From contig DATKWU010000009.1 of assembly GCA_035529375.1 (NCBI GenBank), positions 157,848 to 221,847 of the forward strand: 64,000 nt of DNA. The letters are read 5' to 3'. Positions 9,434 through 19,391 of the stretch are shown here, piece by piece (within the stretch, counting starts at the first letter, position 1; every line of letters begins with the position of its first letter). The DNA comes from Patescibacteria group bacterium (GTDB lineage Bacteria; Patescibacteriota; Microgenomatia; PFEM01; JAHIFH01). Below the pieces are notes generated by a model. It saw only the letters and a program-made list of their open reading frames with translations, was not told where the DNA came from and made no database searches. Position numbers and translations under genes: made by a program.

Positions 9434-10219
9434 CTAACTACTAGCGCTAGAATATTGAGTCAGAGCATAACGCCAAAGACGAAGTGACCCCCATAAAAAC
9501 AAACCGTTAACCAAAAAGGCAGCGACTACCCAAGGCCAAGAAATTAAGCCCATTAAGGCTTTAGTGGGAATTGTAAAAAGAAAAACCACGGGAATGGTAA
9601 AAGTTAAAACCCATCTAATTACTTCCCTATAAATATCAGTCGGAAAACGAGCCATACCGGTCATATCACGATAAATCCAAAGTAAATGGTCTACTTCCAT
9701 AGTAATGATACCAACGCTGCAAGCAAAAAGATGAAAAGAAAAACCCAAGATAAAACTATTAAACAAAAGAAGCATCGCTAAAAATAAGTGATTAAAACCA
9801 GCAAAGAGTTGTTGGGAAAAGATAAACCAAACAAAGAAAATCAAAAGAGGAATTAAAGTGATTAAATCCAAAATATCGGTGTAACCAAAAATTGGTCGGA
9901 AAAAAGAAGGCAGAGGTCTTAATAAATCTAAATCAAAATTACCTGAAGTAATCAGAGATCGGAAATGGTAAGCGCCTCGAAATAAAAACTGGGTAAAGAT
10001 ATCAACGATGTTAAAAATTAAAAAGAATAAAATTACTTGTTCGCGAGAATAACCGGCCAGAGTTTTTGTTTGGGATAAAACTACTAGCAAAAAGACAATC
10101 ATAAAAAGAAATCTCAAAACCTTACCAGTAATAAAGAAAAAACCTGACGATGAAGTCAGTAATTGCTCTTGGGCTGCATTTTTAGCCATTAAAAGCCAAA
10201 TTTTAGTCAAGCGTTTCAT
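9434..10219 (-). CDS. ABC-2 type transporter permease
   Basis: 261 aa protein with six predicted TM helices. It is the last gene of an ATPase-permease-permease operon. Confidence 0.55.
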   Translation of the reverse strand: MKRLTKIWLLMAKNAAQEQLLTSSSGFFFITGKVLRFLFMIVFLLVVLSQTKTLAGYSREQVILFFLIFNIVDIFTQFLFRGAYHFRSLITSGNFDLDLLRPLPSFFRPIFGYTDILDLITLIPLLIFFVWFIFSQQLFAGFNHLFLAMLLLFNSFILGFSFHLFACSVGIITMEVDHLLWIYRDMTGMARFPTDIYREVIRWVLTFTIPVVFLFTIPTKALMGLISWPWVVAAFLVNGLFLWGSLRLWRYALTQYSSASS

Positions 10220-10223
10220 TAAT

Positions 10224-11021
10224 TTAACCTCCCCAGGCAGAGTAATGCCTTAAACCTTTTCGCCAAACTAATCGCGAAAGATAAAACATCATCACTAACC
10301 AGAAAATCATCATCCCCGTCACTCTGATTATTTCGATTGTTGAAACTTGTTCCAACCAAACTTTTAAAGGAAAATAAATTAAATAAGGAAAGGGAGTGGC
10401 GAGAATAAAGCGGGTTAGCCAATAAGGCAAAATGTCAATCGGGAAAAAAGCTCCAGACATAAATTCAACCACCACCAACATAATTAACCAGCGCGGCGCC
10501 CAAGTAGATTCTGTCCAAAAAGCTAAAGAACAAGCAATCAAATTAATAAAGAAAAAAAGAAAGGCTGATAAGAAAATCAAGAGAATAAAAAAGAGGAGAT
10601 TAAGCGGATTTTGAGGGAACCAAAAAGGCGGTTTAAAAAGATAAAGAACCAGACCAATCTCAACTAAAACAAAAGAAAGATTCAAAAGTTTGTCAGCCAG
10701 ATCGCGAGTAAAGTAAAAGCTTCTAAGAGACAAAGGTTTGACCAGAAAACTATTAATCTTGCCACTATAAATATCGGCTTCAAGATCAGTACTTCGATTA
10801 GACATTACCAATCCCCTTAAAAAGGCAATCCCAATCACGTAAGTCAACATTTGGGCTTTTTGGTAGCCAAAAATTTCACCCCGGCCTTGATAAATAGCGG
10901 CCCAGAAGAAAAAAAGAGTCAAAAAAAGAACAAAACTGCGAAACCGCCAAAGAACAAAGTTTAAACGGTAAACAAAATATTCTTCAAGCGTATTTTTAAT
11001 TAACTGAAAATACTTAGCCAT
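10224..11021 (-). CDS. ABC-2 type transporter permease
   Basis: Polytopic membrane protein immediately downstream of the ABC ATPase. The start was chosen at MAKYFQL; the ORF track extends to 11060. Confidence 0.55.
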   Translation of the reverse strand: MAKYFQLIKNTLEEYFVYRLNFVLWRFRSFVLFLTLFFFWAAIYQGRGEIFGYQKAQMLTYVIGIAFLRGLVMSNRSTDLEADIYSGKINSFLVKPLSLRSFYFTRDLADKLLNLSFVLVEIGLVLYLFKPPFWFPQNPLNLLFFILLIFLSAFLFFFINLIACSLAFWTESTWAPRWLIMLVVVEFMSGAFFPIDILPYWLTRFILATPFPYLIYFPLKVWLEQVSTIEIIRVTGMMIFWLVMMFYLSRLVWRKGLRHYSAWGG

Positions 11022-11997
11022 ACTTCTTACCGGTGAATAATTCTCGAATAATATCTTCAATCGCCGGTTCTTCGATATTCAGATCAGCTACCGGTAATTT
11101 ATCCAAAGCTCTGGCCGCAATCATCGAAACCTCATTCCTCTTAGCAGTAAGAATTAACTCTGGATAATTAAATTCCTTCACCTTCCCTATCGCTTCTAAT
11201 TTTTTAGGATCCACCTCTTTAGCTAAAATAATTGAGATTTGTTTATGGTCAGCATATTTTTTAGTAATTTCCCTAAGCTGACCGTCAAAAACAATTTTGC
11301 CCTTATCAATAATAATGACTCGCTGGCAAAGTTCTTTAACATCACTCATGTAATGAGAGGTGAGGATAATGGTTGATTTGGAGCTCCGGTTGTATTCTTT
11401 AATAAAGTCACGCATCCTTTTTTGCATGACCACATCAAGACCAATCGTTGGCTCGTCAAGAAAAAGTACCTTGGGTGAATGAAGTAAAGCCGCCACTAAT
11501 TCACATTTCATTCTCTGACCTAAGGAAAGTTTTCTCACTTGGACCCTAAGGAGATCTTTAACCTCAAGTAACCGAGTCAGTTCGTCTAAAGTTTTTTCAA
11601 ACTGCTCATCAGAAATTCCATAAATCTCCTTATTCAATAAAAAAGTTTCCATGGCTGGCAAATCCCACCAAAGCTGATTTTTTTGTCCCATGACTAAAGC
11701 AATTTGTTTGAGAAATTCTGGTTTTCTCTCCCAAGGATCAAAACCCAAAACCGAAATCTTACCCGAACTAGGATAAAGTAATCCCGAAAGACACTTTAAA
11801 GTTGTTGTTTTGCCTGCCCCATTAGGACCAATAAAACCAATTAACTCACCCTCATCAATAGAAAAGGAAATATTATTAACCGCCTTAACATCAACGTATT
11901 TTCTCTTAAAAAGAGATTTAACTGAACCGGTTAATCCCGGTTCTTTCTGATGAACTCGATAGAATTTTTTTAGACGAGAAACTTGAATTGCTGCCAC
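11014..11997 (-). CDS. ABC transporter ATP-binding protein
   Basis: Walker A GPNGAGKTTTLK, ABC signature LSLGQRMKCEL and Walker B VLFLDEPTIGLD. Confidence 0.85.
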   Translation of the reverse strand: MAAIQVSRLKKFYRVHQKEPGLTGSVKSLFKRKYVDVKAVNNISFSIDEGELIGFIGPNGAGKTTTLKCLSGLLYPSSGKISVLGFDPWERKPEFLKQIALVMGQKNQLWWDLPAMETFLLNKEIYGISDEQFEKTLDELTRLLEVKDLLRVQVRKLSLGQRMKCELVAALLHSPKVLFLDEPTIGLDVVMQKRMRDFIKEYNRSSKSTIILTSHYMSDVKELCQRVIIIDKGKIVFDGQLREITKKYADHKQISIILAKEVDPKKLEAIGKVKEFNYPELILTAKRNEVSMIAARALDKLPVADLNIEEPAIEDIIRELFTGKKYG

Positions 11998-12033
11998 TGC
12001 AGTTTAAAGTTTAACATATCTGAAGGAGAAAAA

Positions 12034-12306
12034 TTACCTGACCGCCTTCTTTAATGGTTTTCCTGGAGAAAATCTAGGAGCCCGATGACTTTTAACCATT
12101 TTCTTTTCACCGCTTCCAGGAACAATAACTGACTTTTCTTTAACCTTAGCAACTCGAAAAGTACCAAAACCAGAAAGAACGACTTTATCACCCTTTTTTA
12201 AAGCATTAGCAATTTCAGTTAAAAAAGTGTCAATTGCCTCTCGAGAAGCCCTTTTAGTCAAATGGGCCTTAGTCGCTACTAAAGTCACAATTTGTTTTTT
12301 AGTCAT
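12034..12306 (-). CDS. hup: HU family DNA-binding protein
   Basis: 90 aa protein with GFGTFRV...R.PR...G arm motifs typical of HU/IHF. A TTGACA-N17-TATCCT-like promoter lies in the upstream gap. Confidence 0.8.
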   Translation of the reverse strand: MTKKQIVTLVATKAHLTKRASREAIDTFLTEIANALKKGDKVVLSGFGTFRVAKVKEKSVIVPGSGEKKMVKSHRAPRFSPGKPLKKAVR

Positions 12307-12421
12307 AAATTCACCTCCTTTTTACCACTCTTAAATGGTGAGCAGGAGATTCCTCTAAAGGATAGCTTAAAATAAGAAGATTGTCAAGCTAATTCGGCCT
12401 TTTTGTTTATTGATTAGTTAA

Positions 12422-13810
12422 TTATTTTGCTTTAGTCGTCTCACTGGCGGAAGTCTCGCGGATACAAGTCACCTTAATCTGGCCAGCATAGGTAACTTTT
12501 TCTTCTAATTTTTGGGCAATCTTATTAGCTAAAACTACCAGTTCGTCATCACTAACTTCTTCCGGTTTAACCATCACCCGAACATCCCGGCCGGCCTGAT
12601 AAGCAAAAGCTTCCTCAACTCCCTCGAACTTGTTAGCGATTTCTTCAATTCCCTCCATCCGCTTCACATATTCTTCATGAGCGGCGTATCTAGCACCTGG
12701 TCGGGAACCGGAAATAGCGTCAGCAACCCAAATAATCCGCGATTCAGCTGACGAAAAAGGTTTATCTTCATGATGTTCAGCAATACAAGCAATCACTTCT
12801 TTGGGAATACTGTATTTCTTGGCCAAATCAACTCCTAACTGGACATGGGTACCTTCTTCTTCAGTAACCACTTTGCCAATATCGTGGAGGAGACAACCCA
12901 AACGGATGATATTAACATCGGCCCCAACTTCATGAGCAATTTGAAGACCAATTTTGGTTTCTTCAAGAGTATGAGCAATCATGTTTTGACCATAAGAAAA
13001 TCTGAATTTGAAACGGCCTAGAAGTTTAATTAGATCAGGATGAAGTCGATAAACATCAACCGCATGACAAAGCCTTTTACCTTCCTCGAACATAATCTTC
13101 TCAACCTCTTTCTTAGTTTGACTAACAACTTCTTTAATTCTGGCTGGTTGAATTCTCTGATCTCTAACTAATTTTTGCAAAGCTCTTTTGGCAATTTCCC
13201 GGCGAATTGAATCAAAAGAAGAAATAATAATGTCATTAGCATCACCTAATTCAATCTCCACTCCCGTAGCCTGTTCAAAAGCACGAATGTTTCTACCTTC
13301 ACGACCAATCACCCTGCCTTTCAATTCTTCACTCGGTAGTTGAACCGAAGAAACCGTGTATTCGGCCACATAATCAGTTGCTCCATGCTGCATGGCTTCA
13401 ACCAATAACTCTTTGGCTTTCTCTTCAACTGTCTCTTCAACTTCTTCTTCCGCTTCTTTGACTTTGCGAGCCATACTTTCAGCTAGACGTTTCTCAGTTG
13501 CTTCCAATAAAAGATTTTTTGCTTCCTCACGAGTTAATTCGGCAATCTTTTCTAATTTAGCAATTTCTTTTTTTCTTATTTCTTCAACTTCAGTTAATTT
13601 CTTATCCAAATCTTTTTGGCGCTTATCAAGCTGGTTTTCTTTTTCCTCTAAAGCCCCTTCTCTTCTTTCAATTTCTGCAATTTTAGTTGCCAGCTCTTTA
13701 GCGATTTTTTTACTGTTCACTTTTTTTATCGATTTTACTTTTTCCCCACTTTTTTGAGTTGCCTTTTCTTCATCTAAAGCTTTTGTTAATAAATTATCTA
13801 ATAATCCCAT
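12422..13810 (-). CDS. rny: Ribonuclease Y
   Basis: Coiled-coil N-region, KH domain (VIGREGRNIRAFEQATGVEI) and HD domain (LLHDIGK). The usual N-terminal TM helix is not evident in this ORF. Confidence 0.8.
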   Translation of the reverse strand: MGLLDNLLTKALDEEKATQKSGEKVKSIKKVNSKKIAKELATKIAEIERREGALEEKENQLDKRQKDLDKKLTEVEEIRKKEIAKLEKIAELTREEAKNLLLEATEKRLAESMARKVKEAEEEVEETVEEKAKELLVEAMQHGATDYVAEYTVSSVQLPSEELKGRVIGREGRNIRAFEQATGVEIELGDANDIIISSFDSIRREIAKRALQKLVRDQRIQPARIKEVVSQTKKEVEKIMFEEGKRLCHAVDVYRLHPDLIKLLGRFKFRFSYGQNMIAHTLEETKIGLQIAHEVGADVNIIRLGCLLHDIGKVVTEEEGTHVQLGVDLAKKYSIPKEVIACIAEHHEDKPFSSAESRIIWVADAISGSRPGARYAAHEEYVKRMEGIEEIANKFEGVEEAFAYQAGRDVRVMVKPEEVSDDELVVLANKIAQKLEEKVTYAGQIKVTCIRETSASETTKAK

Positions 13811-13984
13811 AAAACCTCCATATTAATAATCATTGGCGATTTGGCTTTTGGCAACGGAAAATGGCCGTTAGAAGATAACGGTTTATATCAAATTTAGATA
13901 TAATCTACATTTTTTAGAAGCCATGATTCGTAATACCAACTTCGCCAAAAAAACTAATAATAACTGAATTTCAACAACTTTATT

Positions 13985-14602
13985 TTACCAGTTTTCTAAG
14001 TATTTCGCAATAACTGTTCTAATTACTTCCCAAGAAAAACCGCGCCGAGCCAAAAAAGCCGACATTTTTCGATAAAATTCATTTTTGGACAGGTTTTTAT
14101 AAGTCTTTAATTTCTTTTGGGCTAATTCTTCAGCCAAACGCAATTCACTGACACTCTCAACCGTTTCTTTAATAACAGCCTTATCAATTCCTTTTTGACG
14201 CAATTCCATGGTTAGACCATACTTGCCTCGGGGCCGAAAACTCGTTCTTTGATCAACCCACCAACGGGCAAATTCCCGATCATCTATTTGTTTTAATTCT
14301 TTTAATTTAGCAATTACTTTTTCGGCTACTTTTGAAGATGATTTCTTTTTCTTAAAATAATTGCTGATTTCTTTTTCAGATCGAGGTCGCCTGGAGATTA
14401 AACGAAAAGCCCTATCCAGTAATTTTTGAAATTCATTCTTAAAAATTAAATCATCTATTTGTTTTTGATTTAATTTTTGGCCAATTTTTAAACGGGCTTT
14501 TAAAAAATTATCAGCATCTAAACCAAAAAAGAATTTGCCATCAAGATAAAGATTGACACGCTTTTTGTTTTTTTGGGCTTTGATTTTGGTTACTTGGGGC
14601 AC
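13985..14602 (-). CDS. recX: Regulatory protein RecX
   Basis: 205 aa helical-repeat protein directly downstream of recA, and its N-terminus matches the RecX family pattern. Confidence 0.7.
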   Translation of the reverse strand: MPQVTKIKAQKNKKRVNLYLDGKFFFGLDADNFLKARLKIGQKLNQKQIDDLIFKNEFQKLLDRAFRLISRRPRSEKEISNYFKKKKSSSKVAEKVIAKLKELKQIDDREFARWWVDQRTSFRPRGKYGLTMELRQKGIDKAVIKETVESVSELRLAEELAQKKLKTYKNLSKNEFYRKMSAFLARRGFSWEVIRTVIAKYLENW

Positions 14603-14614
14603 TGAATTAGGAAG

Positions 14615-15697
14615 CTACTCTTTCTTTTTTTCGCCAATTTCTCTAGACAAATCTAACTTACCAGCTTTAACTTTTTCCCAAATTTCTTTCTCAATTTTTT
14701 TCGTTATTTGAGGGTGTTCTTCTAGATAAGCCTTAGCTGCCTCTCTACCTTGACCGAGCATGATTTTGTCAAACTTAAAAAAAGCACCCGACTTTTCAAT
14801 AATCTCTAGTTCAACCGCAACATCAACCAAATTACCTGACTGAGAGATACCGCCAACATTCATAATATCAAATTCGGCCACTCGAAAAGGCGGCGCTACT
14901 TTGTTCTTAACCACCCTAGCTCGATGACGCGAACCAATTACAATCTCACCATCCTTAATGGCCCCAATTTTCCGTAAATCAATTCTGACAGAGGAATAAA
15001 ACTTTAAAGCTAAACCGCCAGGGGTGGTTTCCGGATTACCAAACATCACTCCAATTTTATGACGCAGTTGGTTAGTAAAGATAACAATTGTTTTTGACTT
15101 GGAAATGGCCGCAGTTAACTTTCTTAAAGCTTGAGACATTAATCTGGCCTGAACACCAATCATTGCCGCGCCCATCTCGCCTTCAATCTCGGCCCGGGGC
15201 GTCAAAGCAGCCACTGAATCAATAGCAACAACATCAATTGCTCCAGAGCGAACCAATGTCTCAACAATTTCCAAAGCTTGCTCGCCAGTATCAGGCTGAG
15301 AGATTAATAATTCATTTAAGTTAACCCCAATGGATTCGGCTCTAGCTGGATCCATGGCGTGTTCCGCATCAACAAAAGCGGCTGAACCACCTCTTTTTTG
15401 GGCTTCAGCAATAACATGCAAAGCCAAAGTGGTCTTACCTGAAGCTTCAGGTCCGTAAATCTCGACTACCCGACCTCTTGGCAAACCACCGACACCAAGA
15501 GCGACATCTAAAGCAATTGAGCCAGTGGGAATAACATTAACTTTTTTCACTTCACCCTTGCTACCCATTCTCATAATCGCCCCTTTACCATATTGTTTTT
15601 CGATCTGTTCCATGGCCATTCTAACAGCTAGAGCTTTTTTACTAGAGGTGTCTTTTTTAACAACAGGGTTTTTAGGAGCTTTTTTCTTTCTTGCCAT
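14615..15697 (-). CDS. recA: Recombinase RecA
   Basis: [40 protein letters not shown]...AFVDAEHA is unmistakable RecA. Confidence 0.95.
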   Translation of the reverse strand: MARKKKAPKNPVVKKDTSSKKALAVRMAMEQIEKQYGKGAIMRMGSKGEVKKVNVIPTGSIALDVALGVGGLPRGRVVEIYGPEASGKTTLALHVIAEAQKRGGSAAFVDAEHAMDPARAESIGVNLNELLISQPDTGEQALEIVETLVRSGAIDVVAIDSVAALTPRAEIEGEMGAAMIGVQARLMSQALRKLTAAISKSKTIVIFTNQLRHKIGVMFGNPETTPGGLALKFYSSVRIDLRKIGAIKDGEIVIGSRHRARVVKNKVAPPFRVAEFDIMNVGGISQSGNLVDVAVELEIIEKSGAFFKFDKIMLGQGREAAKAYLEEHPQITKKIEKEIWEKVKAGKLDLSREIGEKKKE

Positions 15698-15741
15698 CTT
15701 TTTAGATTTTTACACAAAATGTGATAAAATTCAAGATGTAA

Positions 15742-15815
15742 CGGGGTGTGGCGCAGTTGGCTAGCGCGCACGCATGGGGTGCGTGAGGTCGCCGGTTCGA
15801 GCCCGGCCACCCCGA
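15742..15815 (+). tRNA. tRNA-Pro (anticodon GGG)
   Basis: Hand-folded cloverleaf: acceptor CGGGGUG/CACCCCG with the C1:G72 pair typical of bacterial tRNA-Pro, D-stem GCGC, anticodon stem CACGC/GCGUG, loop AUGGGGU (anticodon GGG), T-arm GCCGG-UUCGAGC-CCGGC, discriminator A. No CCA is encoded. Confidence 0.8.
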
Positions 15816-15820
15816 CAAAT

Positions 15821-16405
15821 ATGGAAGAAGAAAAATCAGAGGTCACTCCTTTTTGGTTAGGAACCACTTGTTCTGATCGTTCTTTTGAAGAATATAGAGA
15901 TCTACTTGGTTTTTCTGAAAACGAATTTAAAGGAAAATCAATTCTCGATATTGGTGCTGGAACAACCCAAGAATTTACCAAGCAAGCTGCAAAGAAAGGT
16001 ATCAAAGTCACTACCATCAATCCCGAATTAAATAATAAATTTTACCGAATGGCCCCAGATCAAAGAAGTTGGTGGCAATTAAGAAAACCAAAAAGACCTC
16101 TATCTGTCGCAGCTTTAGGACAAAATTTACCCTTTAAAGACGAATCTTTTGACGATATCACTTCTCTAATTGCTGTCCCACATTATTTACCAAATGATAG
16201 TCAACTAATCCGTCAGTCTTTCCGAGAAATGTTAAGAGTTTTGAAACCAGGCGAAAAAGCTTATTTATGCTTTAAAAAAAGAGATTTAATTGATCAAGAA
16301 CTATCGAAACTAGAGACGGAAGGTATTTCTGTTCTATCTGAAGACATGCCAGGGTATTCCCAGAGACAAAGAACTATTTTAGAAAAGCCTCTCCAAAAAA
16401 TCTAA
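15821..16405 (+). CDS. Class I SAM-dependent methyltransferase
   Basis: Motif I ILDIGAGT and a Rossmann-fold pattern. The ORF track start (15746) lies inside the tRNA, so the true start is the ATG at 15821. Confidence 0.6.
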   Translation: MEEEKSEVTPFWLGTTCSDRSFEEYRDLLGFSENEFKGKSILDIGAGTTQEFTKQAAKKGIKVTTINPELNNKFYRMAPDQRSWWQLRKPKRPLSVAALGQNLPFKDESFDDITSLIAVPHYLPNDSQLIRQSFREMLRVLKPGEKAYLCFKKRDLIDQELSKLETEGISVLSEDMPGYSQRQRTILEKPLQKI

Positions 16406-17532
16406 TGCTGTTTCCTATCTCTAAAAGCAATCTTACTGGCTAAAATCGTTGTAATGGGAACGGCCAAAATAAGACCGACACTTCCTACTAAAGTCCTAAC
16501 AATTTCTTCAGCGATCATCTGGTAATTAATAATCTCTGAAAACGGTCGGGGATTATCAATGAAAAGAAGCATTAAAGGCAAAGCGGCGCCAGTGTAAACT
16601 AAAACTAAAGTGTTAATCATTGAGGCAATATGGTCTTGACCAACATCCATGGCTCTTAAAAACAATTCTTTTGTTTTCATTTTCGGATTAGCCTTTTTTA
16701 ATTGCTGAATAATCGCCGCTTGAGAAATAGTAATGTCATCCAAAATTCCTAAAGTACCAATAATAATGCCAGCTAATAAAATCCCTTTTATATTAATTTG
16801 TCCTCGTCTGGCTAAATGAAGAAAGGCTGCTTCTTCTGAAGCATAACCAGTCAATTTGGTTAATTCAATAAAAAACTTTGATAAAAGGCCAACAATTAAC
16901 AAAGCTATTAATGTTCCAGCCATGGCCACTAAGGTTTTTCGGTTTAAACCATGAGAAAGAAGAAAAGTTGCCGGAATAATAATTAATGAACCAACAATGG
17001 CAATAATAATCGGATCTTCGCCTTTATAAATCTGAGGTAAAATAAACAAGAAAATAACGGCAAAAGAGATAACTAGGCCTAATAAAGACATACCACCCCG
17101 CCATTGACCCACTATCAAAGCCAAAACAACAAAGATCAAAAAAAGCCAAACTAATGGTTTTCGCCGAATAAAATCAGTGATAATAAAAATGTTCTTGCCT
17201 TCAAAATCCTTAGAATAACTAATCATCACCTCATCACCCACTTGATATTTCGGCTGACCAACTATTGGAATATCGCCTACCTCGATCTTAATTTTTTCTC
17301 CAGCTAAAGAACCCTTGGATATCCTAACTTCTAATTCTTGATAAAGTAGTTTCTCACCATCTCTAATCATGGATTTTTCATCAAGAAGACTAATTACCTT
17401 TCCTTCAAGGAGTTCTTCTTGAAAAAGACTCGTTTCCATTTCTTGAGTCTCCTGCGACCAAATATAATCAATGGGTAAGCAAAAAAAGATTAAAATAAAA
17501 AAAAAGAAAGCTAATAGTTTTTTTATAACCAT
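16402..17532 (-). CDS. YibE/F family membrane protein
   Basis: Signal/TM segment, a roughly 120-aa extracytoplasmic domain, then six or more TM helices. This architecture and the 376 aa length match YibE/F-like proteins. Confidence 0.45.
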   Translation of the reverse strand: MVIKKLLAFFFFILIFFCLPIDYIWSQETQEMETSLFQEELLEGKVISLLDEKSMIRDGEKLLYQELEVRISKGSLAGEKIKIEVGDIPIVGQPKYQVGDEVMISYSKDFEGKNIFIITDFIRRKPLVWLFLIFVVLALIVGQWRGGMSLLGLVISFAVIFLFILPQIYKGEDPIIIAIVGSLIIIPATFLLSHGLNRKTLVAMAGTLIALLIVGLLSKFFIELTKLTGYASEEAAFLHLARRGQINIKGILLAGIIIGTLGILDDITISQAAIIQQLKKANPKMKTKELFLRAMDVGQDHIASMINTLVLVYTGAALPLMLLFIDNPRPFSEIINYQMIAEEIVRTLVGSVGLILAVPITTILASKIAFRDRKQH

Positions 17533-18707
17533 CCCAAGAACATCGCTAAACCTAAACCTAAAATAATGAGACCGGCTACTAAATGAAGATATTTGATATT
17601 CTTATCTTTCCAACCAGCTACATTTTCAACCGTGGTAAAGCCAATATAACAAGCGCCAGTAATTAATAACATTGGTAAAACAAAAATCAGATTATAAAGT
17701 AACAACCAAGGAATTACTTGAACTAAATCAAAGGTACATAAAATACCACCGCAAATCACATAAGGACCAATCGTACAAGGAAGCAAAAAAAGAGTAACTA
17801 AAGCCCCAACCACAAAAGCACCTCTAGGGCTAGTAACCTTAAACATTAGACTTTGGACTTTGGGACGCAGAAACATGGGCATCTCAGTTAAAAAACCTCC
17901 GGGTTTATAACGAATAAAATCTCTAAGATTTAAAATTCCTAAAATAATGGCCGCTAATCCTAAAATTCTATAAAGCCATAATTTAATACTCGTTAGAGCT
18001 TGGATTAATTGGAAAAACCTAATAATCACCAAACCATAGAAGAAATACATTACAAAAACGGCCGTGGTGAAAGCTAAGCCAGCTAAGAGGATATTGTAAC
18101 GCTTTTTCGGAGCAAAGGCTAAAATAGCAAAAAGCATCATCACTAAGACTGCCAGAGCGCAAGGATTGATGGCATCAACCGCGGCCAAAGAAATAATCTT
18201 GGGTAAGGTCAATTCTGTTTGAATTGTCTCGCCCGAAGACACAGAGATACTGCCAGCTGACGCTGACAAAATTTCTGGCTTGCCTGGCAAAGTTGAAATA
18301 TCCAAGTCTCCAAAGCTGGTCGAACTACCATCAGTCAAAGGGCAGGCATTACCTTCTAATTGCTCAAGCTTGGTTTCAATATTCTCTAAAATTGGCCTAT
18401 CGCCAATAAGGAAATTATCCTTACCAAAAATAATTAAAGGAATACTTAACCCCGAACCATAAATTTCATTATATTTAGTTAATAAGGGTGCATTATTTCT
18501 TTGTTGATAAATTTCATATTCAATGATAACTAAATTGGGATACTTTTTAGGTAATTCTTTAAGGAGAACTGGATCAACTTGAGCGCAATGAGGACAACCA
18601 ACTCCAGTAAAGTAAATCAGGCAAGTTTTCTCTTCGGCCTGGAGAGACGATGAAAACAAGACTGTCAGTAATAAAATGGAAATAAAAAAAATGGCTAATT
18701 TCTTCAT
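17523..18707 (-). CDS. Thioredoxin-like domain fused to a CcdA/DsbD-type transmembrane disulfide transporter
   Basis: Signal peptide followed by a thioredoxin fold with a CPHC active site (LIYFTGVGCPHCAQVDPVL). The C-terminal polytopic domain carries the two conserved CcdA cysteines (DAINPCAL and LLPCTIGPY). Confidence 0.65.
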   Translation of the reverse strand: MKKLAIFFISILLLTVLFSSSLQAEEKTCLIYFTGVGCPHCAQVDPVLLKELPKKYPNLVIIEYEIYQQRNNAPLLTKYNEIYGSGLSIPLIIFGKDNFLIGDRPILENIETKLEQLEGNACPLTDGSSTSFGDLDISTLPGKPEILSASAGSISVSSGETIQTELTLPKIISLAAVDAINPCALAVLVMMLFAILAFAPKKRYNILLAGLAFTTAVFVMYFFYGLVIIRFFQLIQALTSIKLWLYRILGLAAIILGILNLRDFIRYKPGGFLTEMPMFLRPKVQSLMFKVTSPRGAFVVGALVTLFLLPCTIGPYVICGGILCTFDLVQVIPWLLLYNLIFVLPMLLITGACYIGFTTVENVAGWKDKNIKYLHLVAGLIILGLGLAMFLGWL

Positions 18708-18745
18708 TCAGCTATTCTTTAGGATAAGTAATTTTAGCCTTTTTT

Positions 18746-19045
18746 TCAACCACGAATCATTTTCACTCGACCTCCCTCAATCCTAATCGCTTTACCTTCA
18801 ACCAAACCTTCACTTACTTTTTTTCTGGCGGAAGTGAGGATTCGTTGAAAAGTGGATTGAGAAACTTTCATCTTTCTAGCCGCTTTAATTTGGTCAACAC
18901 CCTGATAATCAGCCGAACGAATGGCTTCTAATTCATCGACACTTAATTTAACCTCCCTTAAATAGCGCAAAGGTACTCCCCGAGGTTTGTAGTAAGTCAC
19001 CCCTGGTCGAAATGATATCCACCGCCATCTTTTTGGTCTAGGCAC
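18746..19045 (-). CDS. DUF134 family predicted DNA-binding protein (sigma-70 region-4-like HTH)
   Basis: 99 aa. The pattern [25 protein letters not shown]...[37 protein letters not shown] matches the DUF134/UPF0251 family. Confidence 0.55.
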   Translation of the reverse strand: MPRPKRWRWISFRPGVTYYKPRGVPLRYLREVKLSVDELEAIRSADYQGVDQIKAARKMKVSQSTFQRILTSARKKVSEGLVEGKAIRIEGGRVKMIRG

Positions 19046-19052
19046 GGTTAAA

Positions 19053-19301
19053 TTACTTGCCTTGAATTTCTTTTTCTTCTTTTGCGACGTCTTCTAATTC
19101 TTCTTGAAGCGCTTTTTTGTATTCTTTTAAAGCCTCAACTTCCTCTTCTTTGGATTGAGGCCAGCGCCAACCAAAATAACGGCCCATGCCCCGGCCGGGC
19201 GCAAAACGTCGGCGCCAACCCAAACCTAGTCCACAAGGACCAAAACCACGACCTGTTGAAGGTCCTTGACCTCTTGGTCCTGTTTGATCAAATCCTGGCA
19301 T
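19053..19301 (-). CDS. DUF5320-like small protein with a Gly/Pro-rich N-terminus and a coiled-coil C-terminus
   Basis: [29 protein letters not shown]... resembles the small proteins that commonly pair with DUF134 genes. It has a strong SD, GGAGGTGA. Confidence 0.45.
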   Translation of the reverse strand: MPGFDQTGPRGQGPSTGRGFGPCGLGLGWRRRFAPGRGMGRYFGWRWPQSKEEEVEALKEYKKALQEELEDVAKEEKEIQGK

Positions 19302-19340
19302 AAATATTCACCTCCTCTCTCTTATTATGAATATATACCC

Positions 19341-19368
19341 ATTATAACATGAACAGGAGAGTTGTCAA
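19341..19368 (-). promoter_or_regulatory. Near-consensus sigma-70 promoter for the DUF5320-DUF134-Trx::CcdA-YibE/F operon
   Basis: The minus strand reads TTGACA - 16 nt - (TG)TTATAAT about 35 nt upstream of the GGAGGTGA SD and the ATG at 19301. Confidence 0.5.
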
Positions 19369-19391
19369 GGATTATTTTTTTTCTAAGAGAA

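Noticed and set aside
13392-13757. Ser-rich 121-aa plus-strand ORF.
   Set aside because: It is antisense to the charged coiled-coil region of RNase Y, and its low-complexity sequence is a by-product of the GAA/AAG-rich sense strand.
15746-16020. The ORF-track start at 15746 for the methyltransferase, and the overlapping minus ORF 15628..16020.
   Set aside because: Both run through the tRNA-Pro gene (15742..15815). The methyltransferase has a clean in-frame ATG at 15821 right after the tRNA, and the minus ORF is antisense to the tRNA and the methyltransferase.
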